DNA of 64,000 bases from Eledone cirrhosa (lineage: Eukaryota): NCBI GenBank assembly GCA_964016885.1, contig OZ024740.1, forward strand, positions 166,222,001-166,286,000. The letters run 5' to 3'. Shown here piece by piece: positions 14,145-26,135 of the stretch. Every line of letters starts with the position of its first letter. Position 1 is the first letter of the stretch. Below the pieces are notes generated by a model. That model was not told where the DNA came from. It did no database searches and saw nothing but the letters and a program-made list of their open reading frames with translations. The position numbers and the translations under genes were made by a program.

Positions 14145-14235
14145 TCCTTAGTTGTTCGTCTGACTGCGATTAGAGTTCCGCTGAGGTGAATTTTGACTTT
14201 CATCTTTTCGAGGTAGATAAATAAAGGGCCAGTCC
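14145..14235 (-). mobile_element. SINE 3' fragment (same family as 61020-61110)
   Basis: Reverse complement TTTATCTACCTCGAAAAGATGAAAGTCAAAATTCACCTCAGCGGAA matches TTTATCGACCTAGAAAAGATGAAAGGCAAAGCTAACCTCGGCGGGA at ~61060. Confidence 0.65.
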
Positions 14236-14879
14236 AGAAATTGGGTGGATAGTAACTCCATATATAGACACTCATGTATAATAGCTACCCATGGAAGGTA
14301 ACAATTGTTACCGTCAGCATATATATATCTTTCGTCATTGGAAAGAGGTCTCAATAATATATGGTAATTTCTGAAAATTAAAATGGATATTTCTGTAGGT
14401 GAAATTTCATAAGATATATCTCGTATGCTTCATGAAGGCAAAATTCTAATCAGAGAATATAATTAATATTCATCTGAGGCATTCTATGTACAAGGAAAAA
14501 GCATGCATAAATTAACGAGTATACATATAGTAAATCTATTAAAGTAATCAATTTGGATTGAGATGTATAAGGTGTCAATATTGCCACCTTCAATGAGCAA
14601 CAAGGTTGAGGATTTCATGAGTATATATGATTTAATACTATCATATTACTGTTTGAATAATATTTTCAACACAATACTATGAAGATAGCTTGCAATGAAA
14701 CAATATACTGCAACATTCTTGGTGAACGTGAGATGTATATGAAACTAGATTGAGCAGTTATGAATAATAACTGAAGAATCTCCAAATCCATCCCGGACCG
14801 GTGCACTCACGCTGTCTTTTTAACGTCTCTGAGGGTACTGTCAGTACCCTTCTCGACCATGCACCCCATGAGCCACTAT

Positions 14880-15824
14880 GCGTTCAGTCCTAGTGTTGTC
14901 CTGGGAATGTGGACATTTTCAGTCCTTTTGATCGTGTGGACCGGGTACATTACAATGTAGTTCGTTCTTCAGGGAGGCCACCGAGTGTATAATAACAAGG
15001 GCCTCAGTTTTGAACAGTAATGAGATGGTTTTTATTCTACGTCATTTTTTTATGCATTTCAGTACAGCTTCGACTTCCACCTGTGTGGCAAGTTCTGCTC
15101 TGCGAGTCTGCACATCGATAATACATTGATAATACAAAGTCCTCCTTTGCGTTGCTGCTATTAATTCGTCCGGGATGGTTAGGTTGGCTCAGGAATTTTC
15201 GCACTTAATTAGCCTCCATACCTGGGTCAACTGCTGCTCCTTAGTCGGAATGTCAACCGGAAAAAAGGTTTTGGTCTTTAAAGCCGCAGCCGCAAATGAT
15301 TTGCTGTTCCCGTTGCTCTTGTTGCTGTTGCGGTTGCAGCCGTTGCAGCTTCCCTTTTCTTTTCATTGTTATTGCTTTTGTTGTTGTCGTTGTTGTTGCT
15401 GTTGTTATCGTTGTTGTCATTATTATTTTCGCTTGTTTTACCTCTGTTCTTGTTGGTGGTCTTGTTATTATTTCCGTTGTTACTCTCATTGATTTTGTTG
15501 GTGCACCTGCTGGGGTTGTTGTTGATGGCGATACTGCCTAGTGTGGCGTTGGTATTCGTAATTGTTGTTGTTGTTATAGGGGTGGTGTTTTTTCGCTTCA
15601 CGTTTAAGCCGCTGGCACGTGAGCTGACTTAATGGGCTTATGCACATTAAAGTTCAAATATTTTGGCTTAAGCACAAATATTAAAGGGAGTCCCTACTAC
15701 AAAGCAAATGCAAGTGCGTATTTTCCCGTTGAAACAAAAATATGTTTTTAGATTTCGATTTAAATAACTTAAAATGACAAACTTACTGGAGCTCAGATTA
15801 ATACGTCTTCTTATTTCAAACACC
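14880..15824 (-). pseudogene. Degenerate 5' part (ORF1) of a Tx1/L1-type LINE
   Basis: Asn/Thr-rich N-terminus followed by IIDVQTRRAELATQVEVEAVL..TISLLFKTEA..HSVASLK, alignable by eye to ORF1 at 38765 (TINVKSRQVERASESQIQKAL..TVDVFFETPE..HSMAPLR). Abuts (TAA)n(GAA)n at 15824-15925. Confidence 0.6.
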
Positions 15825-16181
15825 AATAATAATAATAATACAAATAATAATGAGAAGAAGAAGAAGAAGAAGAAGAAGAAGAAGAAGAAGAAGAAGAAGA
15901 AGAAGAAGAAGAAGAAGAAGAAGAAAAAGAATTAGCCGAAATAGTATTTTCATTATTTATTTTTGCTTCCGAATATAATTCCGACTTCCTCACTGAGAAT
16001 AAACATCTGGCTTGGAGCAGCTATTTTATACAATATGTGTGTAAAACAATGCCAAGAGATATACATACACAGACATATTCACATAGATGTATACATATAG
16101 GTTTACATGCGTACGCGCGCACACACACACATACACACACACTGACTCACATACATACACTCAAACACACACACATACACG

Positions 16182-16248
<67 letters not shown>

Positions 16249-16387
16249 CGTTAGAAAAATGTATATCGTACTTGTACATAAGTGTAAATGTTTGTATAAT
16301 ATAAGTATAAATACAATGGATTAGTTTAATATGCAAAAATAAAATTCTAAATCAGTTATATATATATATTTATATGTATATTTATGC

Positions 16388-16444
<57 letters not shown>

Positions 16445-16588
16445 AGTTCTATTTAAATTGTTGGGATACAACAAGCAAATATTTTTATAACTGATATAAA
16501 GCACTCGAGATCCCTGATGTCTTCCAAGAGTAACGGTTGCATTTTGAAAGGGTATGTCAATATTTATTTATAAAACTGGTATATATTG

Positions 16589-16653
16589 TATTTTGTCTGA
16601 TGAAAGCATACTATAATTTAACATGGTATCCTTGAAATATGTATAATAAAATA
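16589..16653 (+). ncRNA. Hammerhead ribozyme (type I) in a solo PLE pLTR-like fragment (16440-16695) between (TA)n tracts
   Basis: TATTTTGT-CTGATGA-AAG..CTT-GAAA-TATGTA-T-A^ATAAAATA; 8-bp stem I; 16551-16695 is homologous to 2847-2988. Confidence 0.75.
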
Positions 16654-16692
16654 GATATGGTTTTATAAATATAGTTTCCATTTGTTAATATC

Positions 16693-16744
<52 letters not shown>

Positions 16745-16999
16745 TTTTATATATATATATATCATTTTATATATATATTTATATATGAGCAAATATATAT
16801 ATATATATATATATATGAGAAAAAATCGAGTCTCAACGGCTGAGATCTTGTCCTGTTAACAGAGAATGAGCCTGGAATTAGCTGCCGAAGTGGCAAGTGG
16901 TCAGGGTCCCTGCCCTTTCTAATATAGTCACAATCTACTATCTCAAGTATCGAGTACTATTTTGAATAATAGTCTTACTATTTTAATACATATTTAATC

Positions 17000-17080
<81 letters not shown>

Positions 17081-17084
<4 letters not shown>

Positions 17085-17484
17085 AAAATAGAGGTGTAAC
17101 ACACGAGTTGTGATATATTGGTAAAAGGAAAAGGAAATGCTGACCAATTGTTCCCAGTGAAAAATAGTTTAATTAGGAATAAGTAAAATGTAGTAATAAG
17201 TATTAATAAGTATTGGTTAGTATTCAGTTTTGGTTTTAAGTTTTTACCGGTTGCGCATTTCTAATGTTTTTCAAAATTAATTTCGAGATAGAGCGCCTGA
17301 TTAGAGCAAACATAACGGGCTCTCTATCTCAAAATTATTTTTTGAAAAGCATTAGATATGCGCAACCGGTAAAAACTTAAAACCAAAACTGAATGCTAAC
17401 CAATATTTATTAGTAATTTTTACTTATTCCCAATAAAACTATTTTTCACTGGGAACAATTTGTCAGCATTTTCTTTTCCTTTTA

Positions 17485-17490
<6 letters not shown>
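17081..17490. mobile_element. 410-bp fold-back miniature of the Neptune-type PLE terminus, with hammerhead variants in both arms (17241-17277 -, 17338-17375 +)
   Basis: Arms match 28654-28840 and 32640-32865; TTGAAAA-GCAT..ATGC-GCAA-CCGG-TA core; flanked by (TA)n. Confidence 0.88.
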
Positions 17491-17533
<43 letters not shown>

Positions 17534-17619
17534 ATCGACTTTCGTCAAATCGGACCGAGGAAACAATGTTTCCGTTGGTCTTTCCAATTGTTAATACTAT
17601 CTATCGGTCGCAACTCCAG

Positions 17620-17675
17620 GTAGAAGGAGCAACGTGAAATAAAGTGTCTTGCTCAAGGACATAACGCATCGCCCG
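17620..17675 (-). mobile_element. tRNA-SINE central-domain fragment
   Basis: Reverse complement GCGTTATGTCCTTGAGCAAGACACTTTATTTCACGTTGCTCC, a typical SINE core motif. Confidence 0.65.
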
Positions 17676-17721
17676 ATTGTGAATGTTTTGCCACACACAC
17701 ACCTACGGACGCACCCACACG

Positions 17722-18030
<309 letters not shown>

Positions 18031-18079
18031 TATATATATATATATATATATATATAAATATATATATATGTATATATTT

Positions 18080-18292
18080 GTGTGAGTGCCGGGTTCAATC
18101 GAGGCTAACCACAATAACTAAGGTACTCAACACGTTAGTAGAATGTATACAACAATTCTAATATAGAAATAGCTTCTTCAGGACTAAAACTGTTTCATTC
18201 GAAGGAAATCATTAGACTATCCTCATGATTTCCTTCGAATAAAATAGTTCTAATCCTGTAGAATCAATCCATGTTTATATTAAATTTGTAGT
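18080..18292 (-). mobile_element. Fold-back mini-element with decayed hammerheads; same family as 63343-63540
   Basis: AGCTTCTTCAGGACTAAAACTGTTTCATTCG.. matches 63348-63379, and the tail matches the reverse complement of 63460-63531. Cores are mutated (CTAATGA, CTCATGA). Confidence 0.75.
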
Positions 18293-18404
18293 CTATATAT
18301 ATATATGTACGTATATATCAGGATTGAAACAGCATTTCACACATACACATATATATACATATATATATGTATATATATGTATGTGTGTGTGTTTGCGTGT
18401 ATGT

Positions 18405-18497
<93 letters not shown>

Positions 18498-19236
18498 TGA
18501 AGGTGTGTGTGTGGCAAAACATTTACAATTATAGCAGCAAAAATATCAGTGCCAAAAATAAACAACGAATCCAAACAAATGCATCTACGATAGCAGTAAT
18601 AAACATCAACAATAGTAACAGCAACAATGGCATCAGTAATAGAATTACTAACAAGTATAACAACGACAACAGCAGTGATATCATCATTAGTGACAGTAAT
18701 ACAACCAACAATAATAAGTGCAACTGAATTTACTGTAAACTATTCAGAAAAAAATGACAATCTTTAGGCATTTCATTTATCTATAAAGAAAAAAAAAAAT
18801 AGTAATCTTATAATTGGTGTTGCTGTTGTAGTTGTTGTTGGATATGATGATAATGATGTTGAGGATAATGATGACGAGGATGGTGATGATGATGATGATT
18901 ATGATGATTATGAAGATATTTATAATCTTATACTTTTTCCCATTTTCACCATTCTTACCAACAAATTCTCCTCCTGTTCTCCCACTCCCCTCCCCCCTTC
19001 CCCACACTTATCCCTCTCCTCCTCCCCCTCTTCTTTCCTCCAGACCATCATCATTATTATCGCCACCATCTTAATCAACGTCATTATCTTAGTGTTCACC
19101 AACCTCTTCCCCTTACATCACACCACCCTCCCTTCCTCTTCTAACTCATTTTCATCATTATCATCATAGTTAACATTACTATACATTTGCCCTATTTTTC
19201 TACTTCTCTCACAATATGCATTGCATAAAAACGTTA

Positions 19237-19291
<55 letters not shown>

Positions 19292-19371
19292 AACTTACAC
19301 ACGTACTAAATGTAGCACGCAGAAACACACATAAGCACACCGACATGCAAAAACACGTTTATACATACAGA

Positions 19372-19421
<50 letters not shown>

Positions 19422-19449
19422 AGTGTATATATATATCTACACTCTATAC

Positions 19450-19488
<39 letters not shown>

Positions 19489-19919
19489 TATATATATATG
19501 TATATATAATATATATATATGTATATAAACACTGTATATGTATATATATATATATATATATATCCATGTGCACCTAGAAATATTTTGTATGTATATGTAC
19601 AGATTTTAAAATGATTCTTAAAGTACAATCCATATAGTCACACAATGTGTATATGCGAAGAGCTACACATACATGTTTACATATACACAATAAACAAACA
19701 CAAGGAACGTATGCAAATTACAAATAGCTATAACGCATAGACACATATACACACAGTCATGCACTTCTATTATTTTGTATTATATTTTATTATATTCACA
19801 CACACATACATTGATGTATATATATATATATATGCTCAGTTTTGAAACATCTCCAGATGAGAATGCATTTAGTCTTAATCTAGAACTCTTTGTTCGACTG
19901 TATACACACACACACACTC

Positions 19920-21110
19920 ATACATACATGGTGGCTGCCAACTCGTTTTCGAGTACGGCCACTACTTTATATCCATGTAGCAGAACCCTTACCGAAGCGC
20001 TGAACGATTGTGACATTTTAGTCCAGCCAGCGACTTGAAAACTCTGGTACAAACACTACACTTGTGACAATTATTGACACACAGTGCTGGGCCCATGGTA
20101 CCATGTGACGACAAGTGCAGAGAGATCTCCAGATATAAAGCAATGCCTGTGCCGTGAAGCTTTTATAGTGAGCAAAGGCACTGCACAAAAGCAGTCCCAC
20201 TCTCTTAACCAAGATGATATTTACCAAAAAGAAGAACAAATCAACATCATTGGATACCATCAGAGTTGCAGGTGTTATATCAGAGTTTTCCTTCTCCTAG
20301 AATTCTGCCTTGACAAAGGCTAAGGGGTCATCTCTCCTGGTGATTTTGGATGGCCATTGACACTTGAGAGCTCCTTTGCCCTTTGACAGGTTTTGTTTTT
20401 AGTCCTGCAGGATGTCCAAAGTCACCCTCCTCACCAAGAAATCTTCGTGGGGTTGCCAGTTTAGTGGCCAACGACCCGACCATAAGACAGCTTGTACTGG
20501 GATACATGTTACCAGTAGCACCAACTGGTGACCTGACATACATACATACATACATGGTGGCTGCCAACTCGTTTTCGAGTACGGCCACTACTTTATATCC
20601 ATGTAGGAGAACCCCTAACGATGCGCTGAACGAGTGTGACTTTTTAGTCCAGCCAGCGACTTGAAAACTCTGGTACAAACACTACACTTGTGACAATTAT
20701 TGACACATAGTGCTGGGCCCATGGTACCATGTGACGACAAGTGCAGAGAGATCTCCAGATATAAAGCAATGCCTGTGCTGTGAAGCTTTTATAGTGAGCA
20801 AAGGCACTGCACAAAGCCAGTCCCACTCTCTTAACCAGGATGATATTTACCAAAAAGAAGAACAAGTCAACATCATTGGATACCATCAGGGTTGCAGGTG
20901 TTATATCAGAGTTTTCCTTCTCCTAGAATTCTGCCTTGACAAAGGCTAAGGGGTCATCTCTCCCGTTGATTTTGGATGGCCATTGACTCTTAAGAGCTCC
21001 TTTGCCATTTGACAGGTTTTGTTTTTAGTCCTGCAGGATGTCCAAAGTCACCCTCCTCACCAAGAAACCTTGGTGGGGTTGCCAGTTTAGTCGCTAACGT
21101 CCCGACCATA
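19920..21110 (-). mobile_element. Tandem duplication (626-bp period) of an RTE-like LINE 5' region, bounded by (CATA)n
   Basis: CATGGTGGCTGCC at 19927 and 20553; minus strand CTAGGAGAAGGAAAACTCTGA resembles RTE 5' UTRs. Confidence 0.6.
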
Positions 21111-21328
21111 CATACATACATACATACATACATACATACATACATACATACATACATACATGCGTTTATATGTATGTGAGTGTACAGACACGCTCAAAAC
21201 CCACGCAGAAATATTTAGAAATTTTCACGTAATATTTCTCACTCGCATTTCATTTCTTCAAACATACATTCACCACATACTGACATCTTGTAACGAATTC
21301 ATTAAAATATACAAAATATACACTTAGG

Positions 21329-21378
<50 letters not shown>

Positions 21379-21438
21379 AAATTAATAAAAGTAATGAATA
21401 AAAACAAAGAAACAATTCCTTATATTAAAAAATTCATG

Positions 21439-21550
21439 ATTTTACGATCGTTTCTAGGATATATATATATGTGTTGGATCTATGTAAAATTTTTACAAAC
21501 TATCAGAGGGAATATACATACCTACACGTATATATGCTGTCTTCAGAAAT
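21439..21550 (-). ncRNA. Hammerhead ribozyme motif with long, partly decayed stem II
   Basis: Minus strand: ATTT-CTGAAGA-CAGCATATATA..~65 nt..TATATATCCTA-GAAA-CGATCG-T-A^AAAT. Confidence 0.6.
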
Positions 21551-21799
21551 AATATCTACATATATATATTAACTAGGTTTGTCCCCAAAATAAGGGTAGT
21601 GAAGTTTTATTTAAATATATAAAAGACGCAAAAGTAATCTCCTTCAGAATAGGACACTTGTGCACTCATATAGTTTTTTCGACCTTTTTACCATTAATCG
21701 TAGCAGCACCAAAAGTAATTTTCTGTCCAAAACGCCCCAAAATGATGATCCTTTAACTTCCATTTCAACTTAGAGTAGAAATAGATATCACAAGTATAT

Positions 21800-22510
21800 T
21801 TTAGGTGGCCCAGAAATTCACTGAAAGAGAGAGGCGAGTGAGCAGGTGCATTATCGTGGTGCAGTATCTCATCTGTTGCAACGTAATTTCGGACTAGCTG
21901 GACCAGCTTTTGAAGTCGTTCTAAGACATCTTTCTAGAAAGTGCAATTATCTGTCTGTCCTGGAGGACAAAACTCTTTGAGAATATTACCACGGCTGTTG
22001 AAAAAATGGTAATCAACCTATTCATCCTTGATCTACTCATATGTGCTTTCTTCGAACGAGGCCAATCTTTCGTTTGCCACTCATTACTTTGGTGTTTTCT
22101 CTGAATCGTACTCGAACATCCATGATTAATCACCTGTTAGTATTTTATCCAAGATTTGTGGCTCAATTTCGAGTTTTTCTAGCAAATCCAGGCAAATTTA
22201 TGACCGATTTACTTTTTTTTTTAAAAACAGTGTTTGTGTATTAGTTTTGAACTATTTTTTCGCATGTGCAAATAGTCTGTTAAAATTCTGTAAACTCCGT
22301 TTTTATTTCTGGATAGTTTCCTCAGCAATCATCATAACATAATCATTCAAACAGCAATATCGCACGACATATCCAATCGATTATATTGAAACAAATATGT
22401 ATGTGCAGATAAGATCATAGCCAACTCTCCAATGAACAACACCGAGGTGCTGCATTACAGAGCCGTACATAGGAAAATCAGCACCCTTGCTTTTGGGACA
22501 ATCTTCGAAT
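21800..22510 (-). mobile_element. Degenerate mariner transposase remnant
   Basis: KHQSNEWQTKDWPRSKKAHMSRSR..LITIF matches mariner 'KRQSMEW..SPRPKKARMSRSK..MLIVFF'. Confidence 0.75.
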
Positions 22511-22520
22511 ATATATATAT

Positions 22521-22739
22521 AAATAGTGGTAGAGCACTGGAAGGTAATATCCGTAGTAGTACAGCACTCAGTCCATGGGACGAGTTAGGTAGAAATGGTT
22601 ACACAATAGTTAGTTCACCATACCGAGAACAATTGTTTCACCTTAGCGGATCCTCAGCTCGTAATGCGCATTACGAGGTGAGGATCCGGTAATGTGAAAC
22701 AATTGTTATCGGTATGGTGAACTAATTGTTGTGTAACCA

Positions 22740-22742
<3 letters not shown>
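22521..22742 (-). mobile_element. Fold-back mini-element with tail; hammerhead at 22623-22661 (-)
   Basis: Palindrome 22596-22739 centred on GTAATGCGCATTAC. Minus arm reads CGAG-CTGAGGA-TCC GCTAA GGT-GAAA-CAATTG-T-T^CTCG; the plus-arm core is mutated (GTGAGGA). Confidence 0.8.
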
Positions 22743-22829
<87 letters not shown>

Positions 22830-23157
22830 ATATATATATATAGATATATAGATATATATAAAGAGAGAGAGAGAGATGAAATTTAATTTGGAAATGTGTG
22901 GATCCAAAAGGCAGAAAATAATTATGGTGACAGTCGACGATCGCTCTACGATGTTAGACAATCGAGGAAGATATCACAGGCATTTCTAAAAAAAACATAC
23001 GATTTATTTAAATTCAATATTTATCAGAAAATGTGTCATCCGGATCTTCGAGCAAATAACTTCTCGGCTGTATGTTTGAATGCCTGTGTACAGTACGCAT
23101 GAATGTGTGCATGTGTATGTGTGTGTGTATGTGTATGTATGCGTGTGTGTGTATGTA

Positions 23158-23201
<44 letters not shown>

Positions 23202-24205
23202 TGTGTGTGTGTGAGTGTGTGAGTGTGTGTGTGCCTGTTTGTATGTATGTATGTTTGTGTGTATGCACAGATTAAGCAACCTTATGGTCAAAGACATTCC
23301 AGACAGGAACATCCCGTTCTCAATTCAAGCAGTGCCTTCAGAACTAAACAACCCACACTTTTTCTTAGACAGATGTTATCGTGTAATATACGGAATATCT
23401 GATTACTATTTCTAGAGGTTAGAACAACCTCGTAGAAATTCCCTTTAAACTTTGTGGATGTGTGGTCAGCAAATTCGCTTAATAATCACTTACTACGGCG
23501 AGTGATCCAATTGCACACCACAATGGTCTAGTAGCATCTTCTGAAAACTGATAGAACATCCAGTTCAACTTAACCTTGAGTAATTTTATGTGTGGGTGTA
23601 TATGCACGTGTAGAAGCGTGTGTCTGCGTGCTTGTGTATGTGAGTGTGTTTGGGCGCCTGTGTAGTTTTTGTACTTTTCATATCTTTTACTATTAAAGCT
23701 TGATATTTTTTCTTTTCTTTTCTGCCATTGAACTAAACAAACTCCTCCTGTTTACAAATACATATCCTACAAATATTAATTTGTTCTAGCCAAAGTTGTT
23801 CCAAAACACGATTTAACGTTTATGTTTAAAAGATGCCATATTTTCCACATTATGTATATATTTTTGGCTTCTCCACTTTTCATTTATTCCTTACGATATA
23901 CATTTTAAACAATTTCAAGATGGTTTCCAGGTGTTTTATGAGAAACGATTGTTGTTGTTTTTTCCTTCGTTATTTATTTTTTTATTTTTACCTTTAATTC
24001 TGCTGAACAGGAATGTTTATATGTATATATGCTTGCATGTGTTTTTGTATGTATGTATTTATGTATGTATGCACGTATGTATGTTACGTATATATGTATA
24101 TATGTATACATGCATGTATGTATGTACGTATATATGTATGCATGTATGTACGCATGTATGTATGTATGTATGGACGTATGTATGTATGTATGATGTATGT
24201 ATATG

Positions 24206-24306
<101 letters not shown>

Positions 24307-24312
24307 GTAATA

Positions 24313-24356
<44 letters not shown>

Positions 24357-24513
24357 TGGAATAAATGCTCTGAAATAGCGATATATATGTGAATATAGAC
24401 ATAGAATATTCGAAAATATTCTGTATGTTTATAATAAACATTTTGAAGACCTAATCGCTATAGAATAGAATACGTCACGTATTACAATTAGATTCTCGAT
24501 AAAAGCAAGGGAA

Positions 24514-24556
24514 GTAATCTACGCGTTTCATTCTAGTTAGAAATCATCAGGACTAC
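24514..24556 (-). ncRNA. Minimal type-I hammerhead ribozyme
   Basis: Reverse complement of 25268-25310. Confidence 0.88.
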
Positions 24557-24823
24557 ATATCCAGTGCTTTTATCGAGAATGACACAGCTAGAGACTTATA
24601 GAATACTTAGCTGTGTACAGGAACTGGTTTGAAAGAGCGGTTGCCGGTCCGGCAGAAATTAGAAATTGGAATAAATGCTCTGAAATAGCGATATATATGT
24701 GAATATAGACATAGAATATTCGAAAATATTCTGTATGTTTATAATAAACATTTTGAAGACCTAATCGCTATAGAATAGAATACGTCACGTATTACAATTA
24801 GATTCTCGATAAAAGCAAGGGAA

Positions 24824-24866
24824 GTAATCTACGCGTTTCATTCTAGTTAGAAATCATCAGGACTAC
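24824..24866 (-). ncRNA. Minimal type-I hammerhead ribozyme
   Basis: Second tandem copy, 310 bp downstream of 24514. Confidence 0.88.
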
Positions 24867-25267
24867 ATATCCAGTGCTTTTATCGAGAATGACACAGCTA
24901 GAGACTTATAGAATACTTAGCTGTGTACAGGAACTGGTTTGAAAGAGCGGTTGCCGGTCCGGCAGAAATTAGAAATTGGAATAAATGCTCTGAAATAGCG
25001 ATATATATGTGAATATAGACATAGAATATTCGAAAATATTCTGTATGTTTATAATAAACATTTTGAAGACCTAATCGCTATAGAATAGAACATAATATTT
25101 TCGAATATTCTATGTCTATATTCACATATATATCGCTATTTCAGAGCATTTATTCCAATTTCTAATTTCTGCCGGACCGGCAACCGCTCTTTCAAACCAG
25201 TTCCTGTACACAGCTAAGTATTCTATAAGTCTCTAGCTGTGTCATTCTCGATAAAAGCACTGGATAT

Positions 25268-25310
25268 GTAGTCCTGATGATTTCTAACTAGAATGAAACG
25301 CGTAGATTAC
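25268..25310 (+). ncRNA. Minimal type-I hammerhead ribozyme
   Basis: GTAGTC-CTGATGA-TTTCT AACT AGAAT-GAAA-CGCG-T-A^GATTAC; palindromic ACGCGT stem III; outer 16-bp helix ATTCTCGATAAAAGCA/TGCTTTTATCGAGAAT. Confidence 0.9.
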
Positions 25311-25611
25311 TTCCCTTGCTTTTATCGAGAATCTAATTGTAATACGTGACGTATTCTATTCTATAGCGATTAGGTCTTCAAAATGTTTATTATAAACATA
25401 CAGAATATTTTCGAATATTCTATGTCTATATTCATATATATATATATATATATACGTAATAATGTATATATATACATTTGTATTTATGTATGTATGTATG
25501 GTTTCGTAACTCCTGATAGATTCGCAGGGGCGCTGTATTGACATATGGCGTGTCTCGGGCATTTTAATCCTGGCGGAACCCATCCCTCTCCGGGCCTACA
25601 TATATATGTAC

Positions 25612-25615
<4 letters not shown>

Positions 25616-25644
<29 letters not shown>

Positions 25645-25728
25645 TGTATGTATGTATGTATGTATGTATGTATGTATGTATGTATGTATGTATGTATGTA
25701 TGTATGTATGTATGTACGTATGTATGTA

Positions 25729-25759
<31 letters not shown>

Positions 25760-25869
25760 ATGTATGTATGTATGTATGTATGTATGTATGTATGTATGTG
25801 TGTGTGTATGTATGTATGTATGTATGTATGTATGTATGTATGTATGTATGTATGTATGTATGTATGTAT
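25616..25869. repeat. (TATG)n microsatellite
   Basis: Direct reading. Confidence 0.95.
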
Positions 25870-26135
25870 TGGGCACTGCAGATGTGATCTTCGCAGCACA
25901 GCAGATGCAGGAGAGGTGTAAAGAGCAACACCTTGATTTATATAATTGCTTTATTTATCTCACGAATGTCTATAACACCGTCAATAGGTAAGCCCTTTGC
26001 AATATACTGTTGAAGCTTGGATTCCATCAGATGTTTACGGGGATTATACGTTCATTACATGATAACATGCGGGAGGGAGTTTGCGTTAATGGAGAGCTCC
26101 TAGAACATTTCTCACTTGAGACAGGCATGAACAAG
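25870..26135 (+). pseudogene. RTE-clade LINE RT fragment
   Basis: GTADVIFAAQQMQERCKEQHLDLYNCFIYLTNVYNTVNR..KLG..IIRSLHDNM..VNGELLEHFSLETGM. Confidence 0.85.

Larger units (their letters stand above)
24353..25436. mobile_element. Retrozyme/pLTR-like array: ~2.4 direct copies of a 310-bp unit plus an inverted copy, flanked by (TA)n
   Basis: AAATTGGAATAAATGCTC at 24353, 24663 and 24973; inversion at ~25091; copies look identical by eye. Confidence 0.92.

Noticed and set aside
14771-14800. Isolated CTGAAGA (and TCATCAG at ~3703)
   Set aside because: No stem II/GAAA/UH/stem I arrangement follows; chance heptamers.
20440-20540. HDV-like ribozyme at the RTE-like 5' end (CCAGTT..CTAAACTGG on minus strand)
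   Set aside because: A possible P2 and J4/2 are present, but I could not find P1/P3/P1.1.
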